The notes beneath the pieces are model-generated. The model saw only the letters and a program-made list of their open reading frames with translations, made no database searches and was not told the DNA's origin. A stretch of 64,000 bases of DNA from assembly GCA_963845755.1 (NCBI GenBank), contig CAWJTV010000041.1:96001-160000 (forward strand), read 5' to 3'. The position numbers and the translations under genes are program-made. Source of the stretch: an uncultured Planctomycetota bacterium. GTDB lineage: Bacteria > Planctomycetota > Planctomycetia > Isosphaerales > Isosphaeraceae. The stretch's first letter is position 1; every line of letters starts with the position of its first letter. Below are positions 20,893-32,100 of the stretch, in pieces.

Positions 20893-23339
20893 ATGAATCG
20901 ATTCTGGCAGACAATTCTGGGTATCGAACGGTCGCCCGGCGCGGTGTCGAGCGGCGAGTCTCGGCTCGAGTTCGGGACGATGCCGCGGGGAGCCGGTACG
21001 CTCGTGCTGATCGTGAGCGCGATCGTGCTCGTGGCGCTGATCTGGCGGCTCTACCGGTTGGAGCGCCGGGATCTGTCGCGGAAGAAGCGATGGGTCCTGG
21101 TCAGCCTGCGCGGACTGACCTTGCTGGCGCTCGCGACCATGTTGCTCGAGCCGATCTGGGTCTCGTCGCTGCGCGAGACGGTGCAGTCTCATCTCGCCCT
21201 GGTCCTCGACGACTCGGAGAGCATGCGGTTCTCCGATCCTTACACCGACGATACCAAAGCCGTGGCGCTGGCGGCGGACTTGAAACTGGGCTCCCAGGGC
21301 AGTCGATCGCCGGTGGAGCGGCTCCGGGAAACACCGCGGCTCGACCTGGTCAAGCACGTCCTGAGCCCGAACCTGGATGCGCTCGAGCGCGGTCGGGAGC
21401 TGTATCTCTACGACCTGGACTCGGCGACTCGAGATGGCTCGGGCGAGTCCGCGCGGGCGCGGACCCTCGACCAGGTCGAGCCGAAGCGTCCGATCTCGCC
21501 GCTGGGTGATGCGATTCAGGGCGTGCTCTCCGCTCATCGAGGTCAGCCGGTGGCCGGTGTGGTCATCGCCACCGACGGGCGGTCCAATACGGGGGAAGAC
21601 CCGCTCCGCGCGGTGGAAGCCGCCGTGCGGCAGAACATCCCGATCTTCGCGATCGCCGCCGGGGCCATCGAGGGGCCGCGGAACATTCGCCTCGCCGAGA
21701 TCGAGGCCAGCCCGGTCGTCTTCGTCCAGGACCCCATGAATCTGGCCGTCGTGGTCGAGGCGCGCGGGCTGAAGGATGCCGAGGCGACGGTCGTCCTGGA
21801 ACAGCGGATCAACGACGGCGGCTGGGAACCGGTCGGCAGCCAGCGGGTGGTGCTGGGCGAAGATGGCATCCTCAAGCGGACCACGTTCCGAATCACGCCC
21901 AAGGTGGTCGGTCAGTACGAGTTTCGGCGAAGGTGGAGGACGCCGGCCCGGAGCTGACGCAGGACGACAACGTCGCGACGGCCGCGGTGAAGGTGGTCCG
22001 CCAGCAGATCCGCGTCTTGTTGCTCGCCGGCGAGCCGTCGGCGGAAGTGCAGTTCCTCCGCAACGCCTTGCTGCGCGATCAGCACGTCGAGTTCGCCGCC
22101 TGGATCCAGCATTCCGACCCGGGCTACCGCCAGCCGGGCGACCGACCCATCACGCGGCTTCCGAACGACGCGGCCGAGCTGAGCCGATACGACGCCCTCC
22201 TCCTGGTCGATCCCGACCTGCGGGCGCTCGGGGCCCAGTGGCCCGAGATGCTCACGAACTTCGTCGGTCAGGAAGGCGGCGGGCTGATCTTCGTCTCGGG
22301 CGAACTCTACTCCCAGCAGCTCTTCGAATCGGCCGATGGCACGAGGACCAGCGGGAATTGGACGCGCATCCTGCCCGTCGTCCGCGAGCCCGGCCTGTTC
22401 CGGACCGACGCCGAGGTGCGGCTGAGCTCCCAGAATACCTATACCCTGGAATTGACGCCCGAGGGCCGAGGCGACCCGATCTTCGAGTTCAACGCGGACC
22501 CGATCCGCAATCGCGCGATCCTGACCAGCCTGCCGGGGATGTACTGGAGCTTCCCCGTCACCCGGGCCCGGCCCGGCGCGACGGTCCTGGCCCGCCACGG
22601 CGACCCGCGGATGCAGAACCAGTATGGACGGCACGTGCTCCTGGCCTCGCAGCTCTACGGGCCGGGCCGGACGGTCTTTATCGGCTTCGATAGCACCTAT
22701 CGCTGGCGGTATCTCTCGGAGGACTATTTCGACGGCTTCTGGGCGCGCCTCATCGATCGCGTGGGGCGGAACAAGGCATTGGGTGGCCGGTTCCCGTTCC
22801 AGGTGCATCTGGGGAAGGGCGTCTATCGCGTTGGCGAGCGCGTGTCGGTCGGCGTCCGGTATACAGACGCCGCCGCGACGGCCGAGGCCGCCGAGATCAC
22901 GGCCGAGCTCGAGATCGCCGGCCAGCCGCCGGAACCGCTCCGGTTCGAACGCGTGCCCGACGATCCCGGCCTGCTGACCGCGGCGTTCCCCGCCGAGCAC
23001 GCCGGTGCCTATTCGCTGAGGATCGTCCCGGCGACCGCGGTCGACACGGGCTCCGGTGTGCGCGTCTCGACCACGACGTTCCGCGTCGAGCCGCCCCGGC
23101 GCGAGGTCGACGAGCCCTCGTTGAACCGGCCGCTTCTCGCGGAGCTGGCCCGCCTCACCAACGGCCGGGTCCTCGACCTCTCCGACGTTGACAAGCTCGA
23201 CGACGCGATTCCCATGCGCGAGGTCACGCGCACGCTGGAAACGCGCGATGAGCTCTGGGATGCACCGCTGATTTTCGTGACGATGGTCCTGAGCCTGACC
23301 CTGGAGTGGGTGCTGCGGAAGGTGTATCGGATGGTCTGA
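20893..23339 (+). CDS. VWA + glutamine-amidotransferase-like membrane protein; frameshift near 21930
   Basis: LVLDDSESM, ATDGRSN, VLLLAGEPSAEVQFLRNALLRD, YGPGRT..TYRWR, C-terminal ELWD..LEWVLRK. Confidence 0.85.
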
Positions 23340-23436
23340 AATCTCAGTTTCAAGATATAGAAATCGTAAATATGAATTGATATTCAAAAATCTATAATCT
23401 CGAATCCGGAATCTCGAATCCGGAATCTCGAATCCG
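23339..23436. repeat. Heptamer array (GAATCTC/GAATCCG) with AT-rich degenerate 5' arm
   Basis: About 7 units at 23388-23436. Confidence 0.8.
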
Positions 23437-23483
23437 TATTTCCCTGGGCGATCGCCCGATCTGAACTCGACGGGGCCCCAACC

Positions 23484-25721
23484 GTGGCGACTGTGCTGGA
23501 TTTGCCGACGCTCGATTCGCTCCGCGATGAGCAGCGAACTTTGCGGGATCAGCTTGCGCGATTGCGCGGACGCCTGCACCTCCAGTTGGTCCTGGAGTTC
23601 GTGGTTGACGCGGCGATCGTCCTGGTAGCGACGTCGTCCGTGCTGGTTTTCCTCGACTGGTGGTTCCGATTCAGCGTCTCGGTCCGCTGGACCTTGTTGG
23701 GCATGAGCGTCGCGGGGATCCTCGCGTTCCTCATCGTCCGCGCGGTCCGGCGATGGCGGTCGTCGCGCATCGACGAACTCACGCTGGCGATGACCCTGGA
23801 CCGGTACCGGCCCGGGACCGGGCAGCAGGTCGCGGACGTGCTCCAGCTCCTGGACGTGCTGAATGAGCCCGGGGCAACCGCCTCGCCGGCCATGGTGCGC
23901 CTGGCGGTGAGCCAGGCGTGCGCGGCGCTTTCGGCCTCGGACTGGCGGCTGCTGTGGAACCGGAGACGGACGGCCATCCACGTCATGGTGTTGGTCGCCG
24001 GCCTGCTCGTGCCCGCGGAGTTTGCCAGGCTGGCACCGAACGCGGCGCGCCTCAGCGCGGCGCGCTGGCTCTTCGGCTCTTCCGAACGCTGGCCGCAGCG
24101 GACGTATCTCAGCGTCGTTGGGTTGGATGCCGATGGCCGCCTCCTGGCGCCGCGCGATGAACGATTCGTGATGGAGGTCCGGTCCGACCTGCCGTATATC
24201 GAGTCTCGCGGGGAGGATTGGTTCATTCGGGGGCGAGGCAGGTCGCTGCCCTTGAAGTGGCAGCCGGCTTCGTCGGTGACGCCCCGGGCGGTCATCGTGC
24301 GGGAACGGAGCGCCCAGGGGAAGGTCCGGGACGGCGCGATGAACGAGGCGAAGCCGGCGAGTTTCCGATATGATTTTCCGCCGGAGGCCGCGTCGTCGAC
24401 TTTCGAGTTGACCGGGGGCGACGACTGGCTGGGCCCGCTCATCCTCGAACGCGTCAACCGGCCTGCGCTGGCCGATACCAAGGTCCGCGTCCGGGAGCCC
24501 GGGGCGGCCTACGACGGCCTTCGCAGCGTGGAGGATACGCACCAGCACCTGGTCTTCCTGCCCGACACCGAGGTCGAGCTGACGCTCGTCGGCACGGAGC
24601 CGCTTTCCGACACCCGGTTGAAGATCCAGTCGGGTAATCCGCCGGAGCTGAAGCGCGTGGACGACCGGACGTTCGTCGCGCGGTGGACCCTGCGCGAGGC
24701 CACCACCCTGGAAATCCTGCTGACTTCCGCGACGACCGGCCTGGATTCGCGGCCCACGTTCCTCTCGATCGGATTGCTGAAGGACCGGGAGCCGCGCGTC
24801 AGCTTGCGGGCCGTCGGCGTCGGCGGCCATGTCACGGCGGTCGCGACGATCCCGCTGACCGTCGGCGCGACCGACGACTTCGGACTGGCCGCCCTGCGCT
24901 TGCAAGTCGATCGGACGCTCCTCGTCGAGGAGAAGGGCAAGGAGAACGACCGGCCGCAGACGCAGCGCGAGACCGTCAGCCTGCCGATGTCCGTGGACAA
25001 GGATCGCGCCGTCCTGGACTACCAGGTCCGGCACGACCTGTTCTTGCAAGCCAGGCCGCCCGCGGTCGGGACGCTGATCCGGATTACTGCCGAGGCGGAT
25101 GACCGTTGTGCCCGAGGCGTCCAGACCGGCCGATCCAGTGCAATCCAACTTCAGGTCGTCCCGCCCGAGGAGCTCTTCTACGAGATCTTGCTCCGTCAGC
25201 GGACCGAGCGGGCGAAGTTCGTCGCCGTGCTCGAATCGACGGAGAAGCAGACGCCGGTCCTGGCCGGCAAGCCCTCGACCGAGGAGCTCGTTCGCCTGAT
25301 GCGACTCCAGCATTCGGCGAACCGGCAACTCGAGCAGATCGGTGGACGCATTACCGACACGCTCCAGGAAATGAAGCTGAACCAGGTCGGCTCGGCAAAG
25401 TCCCACCGACTGCTGCAAGAGGGGGTCATCGACCCGTTGCGGGCTCTCACGTCCGGCCCGATGAACGAGCTGCGGGGCGTGCTGCAGACGCTCTCGGGTA
25501 CCGGTACGACCCCCGGCGCCAACCTGGAAGCAGCTCGGCGGCTGCACGAACAGGTCGTCACCAAGATGAGGGCCATCCTCGATCAGATGTCGCAGTGGGA
25601 AAGCTTCGTGGACGTCGTGAACCAGGTCGCCGAGGTCCTCCGGATGCAGCACGAGATCCTCGACGCCACCGAAAAAGCCAAGGACACGCGTACGAAGGAG
25701 ATCTTCGATGACAAGCCTTGA
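23484..25721 (+). CDS. Membrane-anchored coiled-coil protein of MoxR/VWA clusters (DUF4175-like)
   Basis: 745 aa open frame, N-terminal TM helices, DREPRVSL..ATDDFGL motif, C-terminal helical region. Confidence 0.75.
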   Translation: MATVLDLPTLDSLRDEQRTLRDQLARLRGRLHLQLVLEFVVDAAIVLVATSSVLVFLDWWFRFSVSVRWTLLGMSVAGILAFLIVRAVRRWRSSRIDELTLAMTLDRYRPGTGQQVADVLQLLDVLNEPGATASPAMVRLAVSQACAALSASDWRLLWNRRRTAIHVMVLVAGLLVPAEFARLAPNAARLSAARWLFGSSERWPQRTYLSVVGLDADGRLLAPRDERFVMEVRSDLPYIESRGEDWFIRGRGRSLPLKWQPASSVTPRAVIVRERSAQGKVRDGAMNEAKPASFRYDFPPEAASSTFELTGGDDWLGPLILERVNRPALADTKVRVREPGAAYDGLRSVEDTHQHLVFLPDTEVELTLVGTEPLSDTRLKIQSGNPPELKRVDDRTFVARWTLREATTLEILLTSATTGLDSRPTFLSIGLLKDREPRVSLRAVGVGGHVTAVATIPLTVGATDDFGLAALRLQVDRTLLVEEKGKENDRPQTQRETVSLPMSVDKDRAVLDYQVRHDLFLQARPPAVGTLIRITAEADDRCARGVQTGRSSAIQLQVVPPEELFYEILLRQRTERAKFVAVLESTEKQTPVLAGKPSTEELVRLMRLQHSANRQLEQIGGRITDTLQEMKLNQVGSAKSHRLLQEGVIDPLRALTSGPMNELRGVLQTLSGTGTTPGANLEAARRLHEQVVTKMRAILDQMSQWESFVDVVNQVAEVLRMQHEILDATEKAKDTRTKEIFDDKP

Positions 25722-25731
25722 CTTGTTGGAA

Positions 25732-25759
25732 GGATGAAGGATGAAGGATGAAGGATGAG
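25732..25759. repeat. Heptamer tandem repeat GGATGAA x4
   Basis: GGATGAA GGATGAA GGATGAA GGATGAG directly after a stop codon. Confidence 0.8.
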
Positions 25760-25891
25760 TGATTTTCAGCTGGATTGGCCCGATTCCCTCGGCCCAACGG
25801 GCCGTCGGAGCTCGGCACAGGGCGAACCCCGGGGGCTCTCGTCGTCCGGCGATCCCACTGACTCCCGAGTGAACGTGGTGAGCGAGGAAAC

Positions 25892-28656
25892 GTGATGCAT
25901 TCCGCGGTCGTCCTGCTGATCGGTCTGTTGAGTGTCGGCGACATGGATTACGCGCGTTCGCTGGTCGCCAAGGAGCTCGATCAGCCTACGCTCGATGCCG
26001 AAGGATATGGCGAGAAGAAGGCGCTGAAGCGGGAAGACGACGGCCTGCGCATCACCTTCGGCGCGGGGCTTCCGGAGACGGGTTGGAAGACGCCGCAGCA
26101 ACTGAAGTTCGGCGGCAATTTCCGGCTCTCGGCGAGCTTCGTGATCAAGAAGATGCCGAAGCCCGCCCAGGAGGACGGCGTGGCGATCGGCGTGGCGATC
26201 GCGTTCCAGGACATCAACCAGCCCGACGTGACGCTGGTGCGCCTGCGTGAGCCGAACAATTCGGAAGTCTATCGTCCCATCGAGAAGGCGGGGGCCAACC
26301 CGCAACAAATGCAGATGCAGATGCAAATGCAAATGCGGATGGGAATGATGGGGCCGGGCCAACCGCCGCCAAAGCCGCCGCGGAAGACCTTCCCCGCCAC
26401 GGGCGACGTGGTCCGCCTGGAGCTCCAGCGCGAGGGCAATACGGTTCGATACGAGGTGTTCGACAGCAGGTCGAGCCGTCCGCGCTATCTCGGCCAGGTG
26501 GATGTCCAGCCGATGGATGTCTCCGCGGTGAAGTTGTTCGCCTCGAACCGGAACGGGGTCGAGCCCGTCGACGTGGTCTTCCGCGACATCACGATCCATG
26601 CCGACCACATCAACGGCCTGGGGACCATCGTTCGCACGGTTTTCGGTCAGATCGTCTATGCCGACCCGACCGCCATCGAGGGCGGAATCTTGGTCGTCGG
26701 CGGTCAACCGAAGACGCCGCCCGGGGGAGCCCCGAAAGCACCCGGAGGCCCGTCCTCACCCACGCCTGGGTCTGCACCCGTGCCCGCGTCTGCGCCGCGG
26801 CGGCACCGGCCGCGGCGCCAGCCATGGTCATGGCCGTCGCGCCGGCCGGCGGTGCCGTACAGGTCGTGGTTGCTGCCGCTGCACCCGCACCCGCCCCGGC
26901 TGCCGCACCCGCGGCCGCGCCGGCACCGGCCGCCCAACCGGCCGCCGCGCCGGCCCAGCCCGCCGCCGCCAAACCCGCTGGGGCAGGGGGGGCGACCGGG
27001 GATCCGTTCGCGCCGGGTGCCGAGCCGTCGGCTGTGTTCGCGCCCGCGCCTCCGCCTCCGCCTCCGCCGCCGAAGGCCAAGATCCCGCTCGATGAGGTCG
27101 AGAGCATCCGATTCGAACGGACGCCCGCGATGTCGGCTCGCTTCATGGGACAACCCAACCTCGACTTCACCCTGCCCGGCCTGAGCGCGAAGAAGGACGA
27201 GTCCGCCCAGAAACCCGACGCCAAGAAGACCGACGGTACCGACGACGTCCTCGCCCCGCCGCCGGGCACGACGGCGCCCGCGAAGTATCCCAAGGTCGAA
27301 CCGAAGAAGAACGGCATCCGCGACCTGAGCCTGACGCTATCCAACCTCAGATCCGCGGCGATCAAGCAGGTCACCATCGGCTGTCAGACGGACAAGGGCC
27401 AGACGAGCTGGCGGCTCGACACCACGGACTCTCAGGATTGGCCCATCGCGGTCCGACGATCGGGGACGGAACCCTCGGCGGACCTCTATCTGGAGCCGCC
27501 GCCCGGCGACTGCTTCCAGAAGAGCTTCACCATCGCCGTCGTGTACGCGGACGGGCAGAACGCGAATGCCAACCTCCAGGCCGACGCTCACACCAAGCCC
27601 GATCTGGCCGTCGATCCCAAGGCGCCGGGGTTCGAGCGGCTCGATGCCTGGCTACACCTGACGGGCGACGAGAAGCTCTGCGGCAAGCTCGACCGCATCG
27701 GCCAGGACGTCGTCAAGATCACGACGCCCTGGCAGGACCATCTCGACGTGCCACTCTCGCGAGTCGTCGGGATTCAACTCGGCGTGCTCGACCGCAAGGA
27801 ATCCCCGGAGTCGTTCGCCAGACGGTTGAAGGCCCGAGGATCGGAAGACCTGCTGCTCGCTCAGACCAAGAACGGGGAAGTCCTGGCCATTCCGGGGATT
27901 GTCGAAGGGACCGAGGACGACAAGCTGCGGTTCCAGTACCAGGGCCGGCTCCGAACGCTGCCGCTCAAGCAAGTGGAAGGTCTCGTCATGGCGGCCCGGA
28001 GCGAATCGGATCGGACGGACGATCTGCGAACGAGCTTCACGATGCCCGACCACGTCGTCGTCTCCGGGCGATGGAAAGACCTGGACACCAGCATCTGGAA
28101 AGTCGAGACGCCGTGGGGCCAGGAGCTGAAGCTCCCGTCCGCGGACGTACAGTCCGTGCGGTTCCGCGGAGGCAAGCTGACGTACCTGTCCGACCTGAAC
28201 CCGAGCAAGGTCGAAGAGACACCGTTCTTCGGCCGCCGGCTCCCCTGGCGCCGGGACGTCAACCTCGCGGGCGGGCCGATCAAGATCAACGGCCAGACCT
28301 ACGATCGCGGGGTGGCGGTCCACTCGCGCTGTATACTGACCTATGACCTCAATGGCCGGTATACCACGTTCGAAACCCTGGTCGGCTTCGATGACGCCTC
28401 GCGAGGCCAGGGGCGCGTCGATTGTCGGGTCTTCGCCGACGGCAAGGAACTCTATGCCAATCCGGACCTCCGGGCGAGCGATCCGCCGGTCAAGCTGTCG
28501 TTGCCGGTGGCGGGCGTCGAGCAATTGCGGCTCCGGGTGGACTTCGGCCGCGGTCAGGACACCGGCGACCGCGTGATCTGGGCGAACGCCCGCCTCTTTC
28601 GAAACGCCCCGTCCAAGGCATCGGCGTCGTCGACGGCCCCCAAAGGCCCCAAGTAG
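25892..28656 (+). CDS. Exported protein with Pro/Ala linker and C-terminal NPCBM/NEW2 domain; frameshift near 26800
   Basis: TYLSDL..GGPIKINGQTYDRGVAVHS..YDLNGRYTTFETLVGFDD..DRVIWANARL. Confidence 0.8.
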
Positions 28657-28711
28657 GTCGGGCTTTCCCAGCCTGACGCGAAGGCGATGCCTGGCGAAGT
28701 GTCTGACCTCC
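28653..28711. repeat. GTAG-type REP, family A (right arm degenerate); GTAG overlaps the upstream stop codon
   Basis: GTAGGTCGGGCTTTCCCAGCCTGAC...TCTGACCTCC. Confidence 0.7.
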
Positions 28712-28728
28712 GTGAGTTCCCTTGAGGG

Positions 28729-30502
28729 ATGAGCCCATCGATGCGTACCGTGTTCGCTAGAGCTCGCTGGCTGTTGCTTTCCCTGGCCCTCGTGATGGGC
28801 GCAGCCTTTCGCTCATCGGGATTCGATGACAAGGACCAAGCGAAAGCCAAGGCCAAGGAGAAGGACAATCCGTCGGCGCCGCTCGAGGTTTACGAATGGT
28901 CGATATGGGTCGGTAATCCGGCCCAGACGACATTGAACACGACGCGCAACTACAAGAACGCGATGCCCGGCCCGGTCGGTACGAACCGGCCGAAGTTCGA
29001 GGGCAAGGAGCTGGAGGGTAAGTTCCCGATCGCCCCGGTATCGGTGGTGCAGTTCTTCGGCGATCCGAGCAAGGATGTGGACGTCAACCTTCGTGCGAAG
29101 AAGGGCCTCTTCCTTTCCCACTGGCCGACGAGCACCGAGCGCGCCGGGCGGCTGCAATGGTTCAAGTCGGATTTCTCCGCGAATCCGCCGGCGAACATCC
29201 CGCAGACCTATCTCCCGAACGACCATTGGTTCCAGAAGCTGCGCCAGAACACCTCGGCGTTGTTCCTCAAGCACGAGTCGCATTATGAGCGGTTCATCGC
29301 CTACGATGCCGAGGTCGCGATCCCGATCCCGGTGAAGATCCGGGGCGGCCCCGATGAGTACACCTTGCAGAACCTGACCAACCGCCGCCTTCTGGACGTC
29401 GCCGTGATCGCCCCGACGGACAATGGATTCCGCGTCGGCTGGCTGGACGAGCTGCCGACGGCGACTCCCGAGAAGGCGGACGAATCCGACGGCAAGAAGG
29501 AGGAACCCGCCGCCAAGAAGAAGGATGGAGCGGCCGCGAAGAAGAAGGACGGAGCCGCAACCAAGAAGGAAGAGGCCTCGAAGAAGACGGACGCACAGAA
29601 GGCCGAGGCGGTGTTTCAGGAGGCGGAAACCAAGAAGAAGGACGAAGAGGAAGAACCCACGCCGCTGCCGGCGGAGGGCGATGCGAACGTGCGTGCCCGC
29701 GTCGAACCAGGCGCTCAACCGGCCGATCGCGGTGAACGTTCCAAAGGCGCCCCGTCGTCAGTTCCTCGACCTGATCGCGGGTCAGGCCCGCCTGCGGTAT
29801 GAGCTCGACGAGAAGACGCTGGCGAAGGAGAAGGTCAATCTGAATGAGACGATGGATATGAACGCCGGGAGCATCGCGGCCCGTGACGCGTTGGCCGAGG
29901 TGCTGGGCGGCGCCGGGCTGAGTTACCGGATCACGGAGGATGGCCGGCTGTTTATCACCACGGCGGCCCGGCTGGCGGAAGAGGCCGATAAGAAGGGCAA
30001 GTCGATCGAAGGACCGCCCGTGAAGCTCGTCATGCCCCAACCGCGCAAGCCTGCGGATCCCGGATTTCGGGAAGTCACCCGCGACACGATAGCCCGCCGC
30101 CTGGTAGCCCAGGGCCTCCGCGACGACGCCGTGAAGCTGCTGCTCGAACAATACGGTCCGGCGGTGTTCGAACCGAAGGAGCTGGTCGTCCTGGTCCATC
30201 TCTCGCGCCCGGCGATCGACGACGCCGTGCTCCTGGATGTGTTCCCGCCGCCCAAGAAGCTGGTCCGCACGGCGCTGCTGGTCGTCTACGGCGTCGATCC
30301 GCGGCTCCAGGATCGCGCCCGCAACCTCGTGAAGCAGCTCGGCGACCAGTCTCCCAAGGCGCGGGATTCGGCGGAGACGCGGCTCTTCGAAATGGGGCCC
30401 GTCGCCGTGCCTGTGCTCGAAGATGCCCTGAAGGAGAAGGACATCGAGATCGTCTTCCGCGCCGAACGGCTGTTGCTGAAGCTCAATCGTCAGGTGCCGT
30501 GA
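28729..30502 (+). CDS. Exported hypothetical protein with STN-like and C-terminal HEAT-like domains; frameshift near 29705
   Basis: Signal peptide, EVYEWSIW, Lys-rich linker, ARDALAEVLGGAGLSYRITEDGRLFITT, LVKQLGDQSPKARDSAETRLFEMG. Confidence 0.65.
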
Positions 30503-30667
30503 GATCGGTTTACCCTACGCGAGCCAGTCGGTTCATGAACTACGCAGGCGCCGCGCAGAATCCGGCACATGAATATCGGATCGTCCGGAAGTCCTGCAAC
30601 GGCCTGAGCGCGGTTGACCGAGCCCAACTCATTAGCGATTCCGGAAAGCCGAGAATCTGAAGTCGGA

Positions 30668-32100
30668 TCAGACAATCTCCCGGATGACCTTCCCTTCGAT
30701 GAACGTCAGCCGTTCGTTGCGGCCCAGGTGGGGATAGGTCAGCCGGTTCTGGTCGAGGCCCATGAGGTGCAGGATCGTGTTATGGACGTCGCGGAAGTGA
30801 TAGGGGCGTTCGATGGCGTGGAGGCCGATGGCGTCGGTCGCGCCGACGACCTGGCCGCCCTTGACGCCGCCGCCGGCCATCCACATGGTGAAGCCCAGGT
30901 TGTGGTGGTCGCGACCGCGCGACGACTCGGCCTCGGGTGAGCGGCCGAATTCGCCGCCCCAGAGGACCAGCGTGCTCTCCAGCAGGCCCCGGCGCTTCAG
31001 ATCCTTGAGCAGGCCGGCGACGGGTTTGTCCGTCTCGGCGGCCTTGCGATGGTGGTTCTCCTCGATGTCGTTGTGGGCGTCCCACTGCTGGTTGCCTGGG
31101 CCACCGCCGGAGACCACGCACGTGAATCGCACGCCGTTCTCGACCAGCTTCCGCGCCAGGAGGCAGCGCCGGCCGTAGTCGTTGGTCGGCTCGACTCCGA
31201 TCCCGTAGAGGTCGAGCGTCTCCTGAGGTTCGTGCGAGAGGTCGAGCACGTCGGGCGCCTCGGTTTGCATGCGGAAGGCCAGGTCGTAGGTATTGATCCG
31301 CGCGTGGAACTCCTGGTCGTCCGGGTCGAGCGTCGCCTCGTTCAGGTCGTGGATCAGTCGCAGGGTGCGCCGGCGCCGATCCAGCCTGACGCCCTCGGGC
31401 AAGTCGAGGTTCAGCACGGGCCGGTCGCCGGGCCGGAACATCGTCGGCTGATACACGGCCGGGAGGAAGCCGTGCATGTACATCGGCTGGCCGGCCTCCA
31501 GCGCGCCCTTGGGATCCGGCATCACGACGAAGGCCGGGAGCGAGTCGCTCTCGGAACCGAGCCCGTAGCAGACCCACGAGCCCATGCTCGGAAACCCCGG
31601 TGTGACCCGCCCGGAGAACAGCTCGTACTGCGCAGCCGAGTGCACGACCATGTCGCCGTGACACGATCGGATGACCGCCAGGTCGTCCACGCAGCCGGCC
31701 AGGTGCGGGAACAGGTCCGAGACGTCGATGCCGCTCTGGCCGTACTTCTGAAACGTGCGACGGGTGCCGAGCAGCTTGGCGTTCTTCGAGACGAACTGGT
31801 ACTTGGCCTCGCCGAACTCCTTGGGCCGCGTCTGCCCGCTGAGCCGGTTCAACAGCGGCTTGGGGTCGAACGTCTCGAGATGGCTCGGACCGCCGGCCAT
31901 GAACAGGAAGATCACGGCCCGCGCCTTGGCGGGAATGATGCGGCGGCCTGGGCGCCAGGGGGTTGGTGGCTCCGGCGCGGCGCCTGCTCCTGGTGCAGCA
32001 GCGAGGCCAGCGCCAGGCCCCCGAAACCGCAGAAACCGTCGCGGATGAATTCCCGGCGAGTGCGCGTGGGCCGGACATGGGGGCAGGATTCAGGGAACAT
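30668..32100 (-). CDS. DUF1501 domain protein (Tat signal); frameshift near 31925
   Basis: TRREFI..GFGGLALASLL; IFLFMAGGPSHLETFDPKP; WDAH; WGGEFGRSP; GRDHH. Confidence 0.95.

Noticed and set aside
21912..25652. 1246 aa minus-strand ORF
   Set aside because: Antisense shadow of well-supported plus-strand genes in high-GC DNA; no recognisable motifs.
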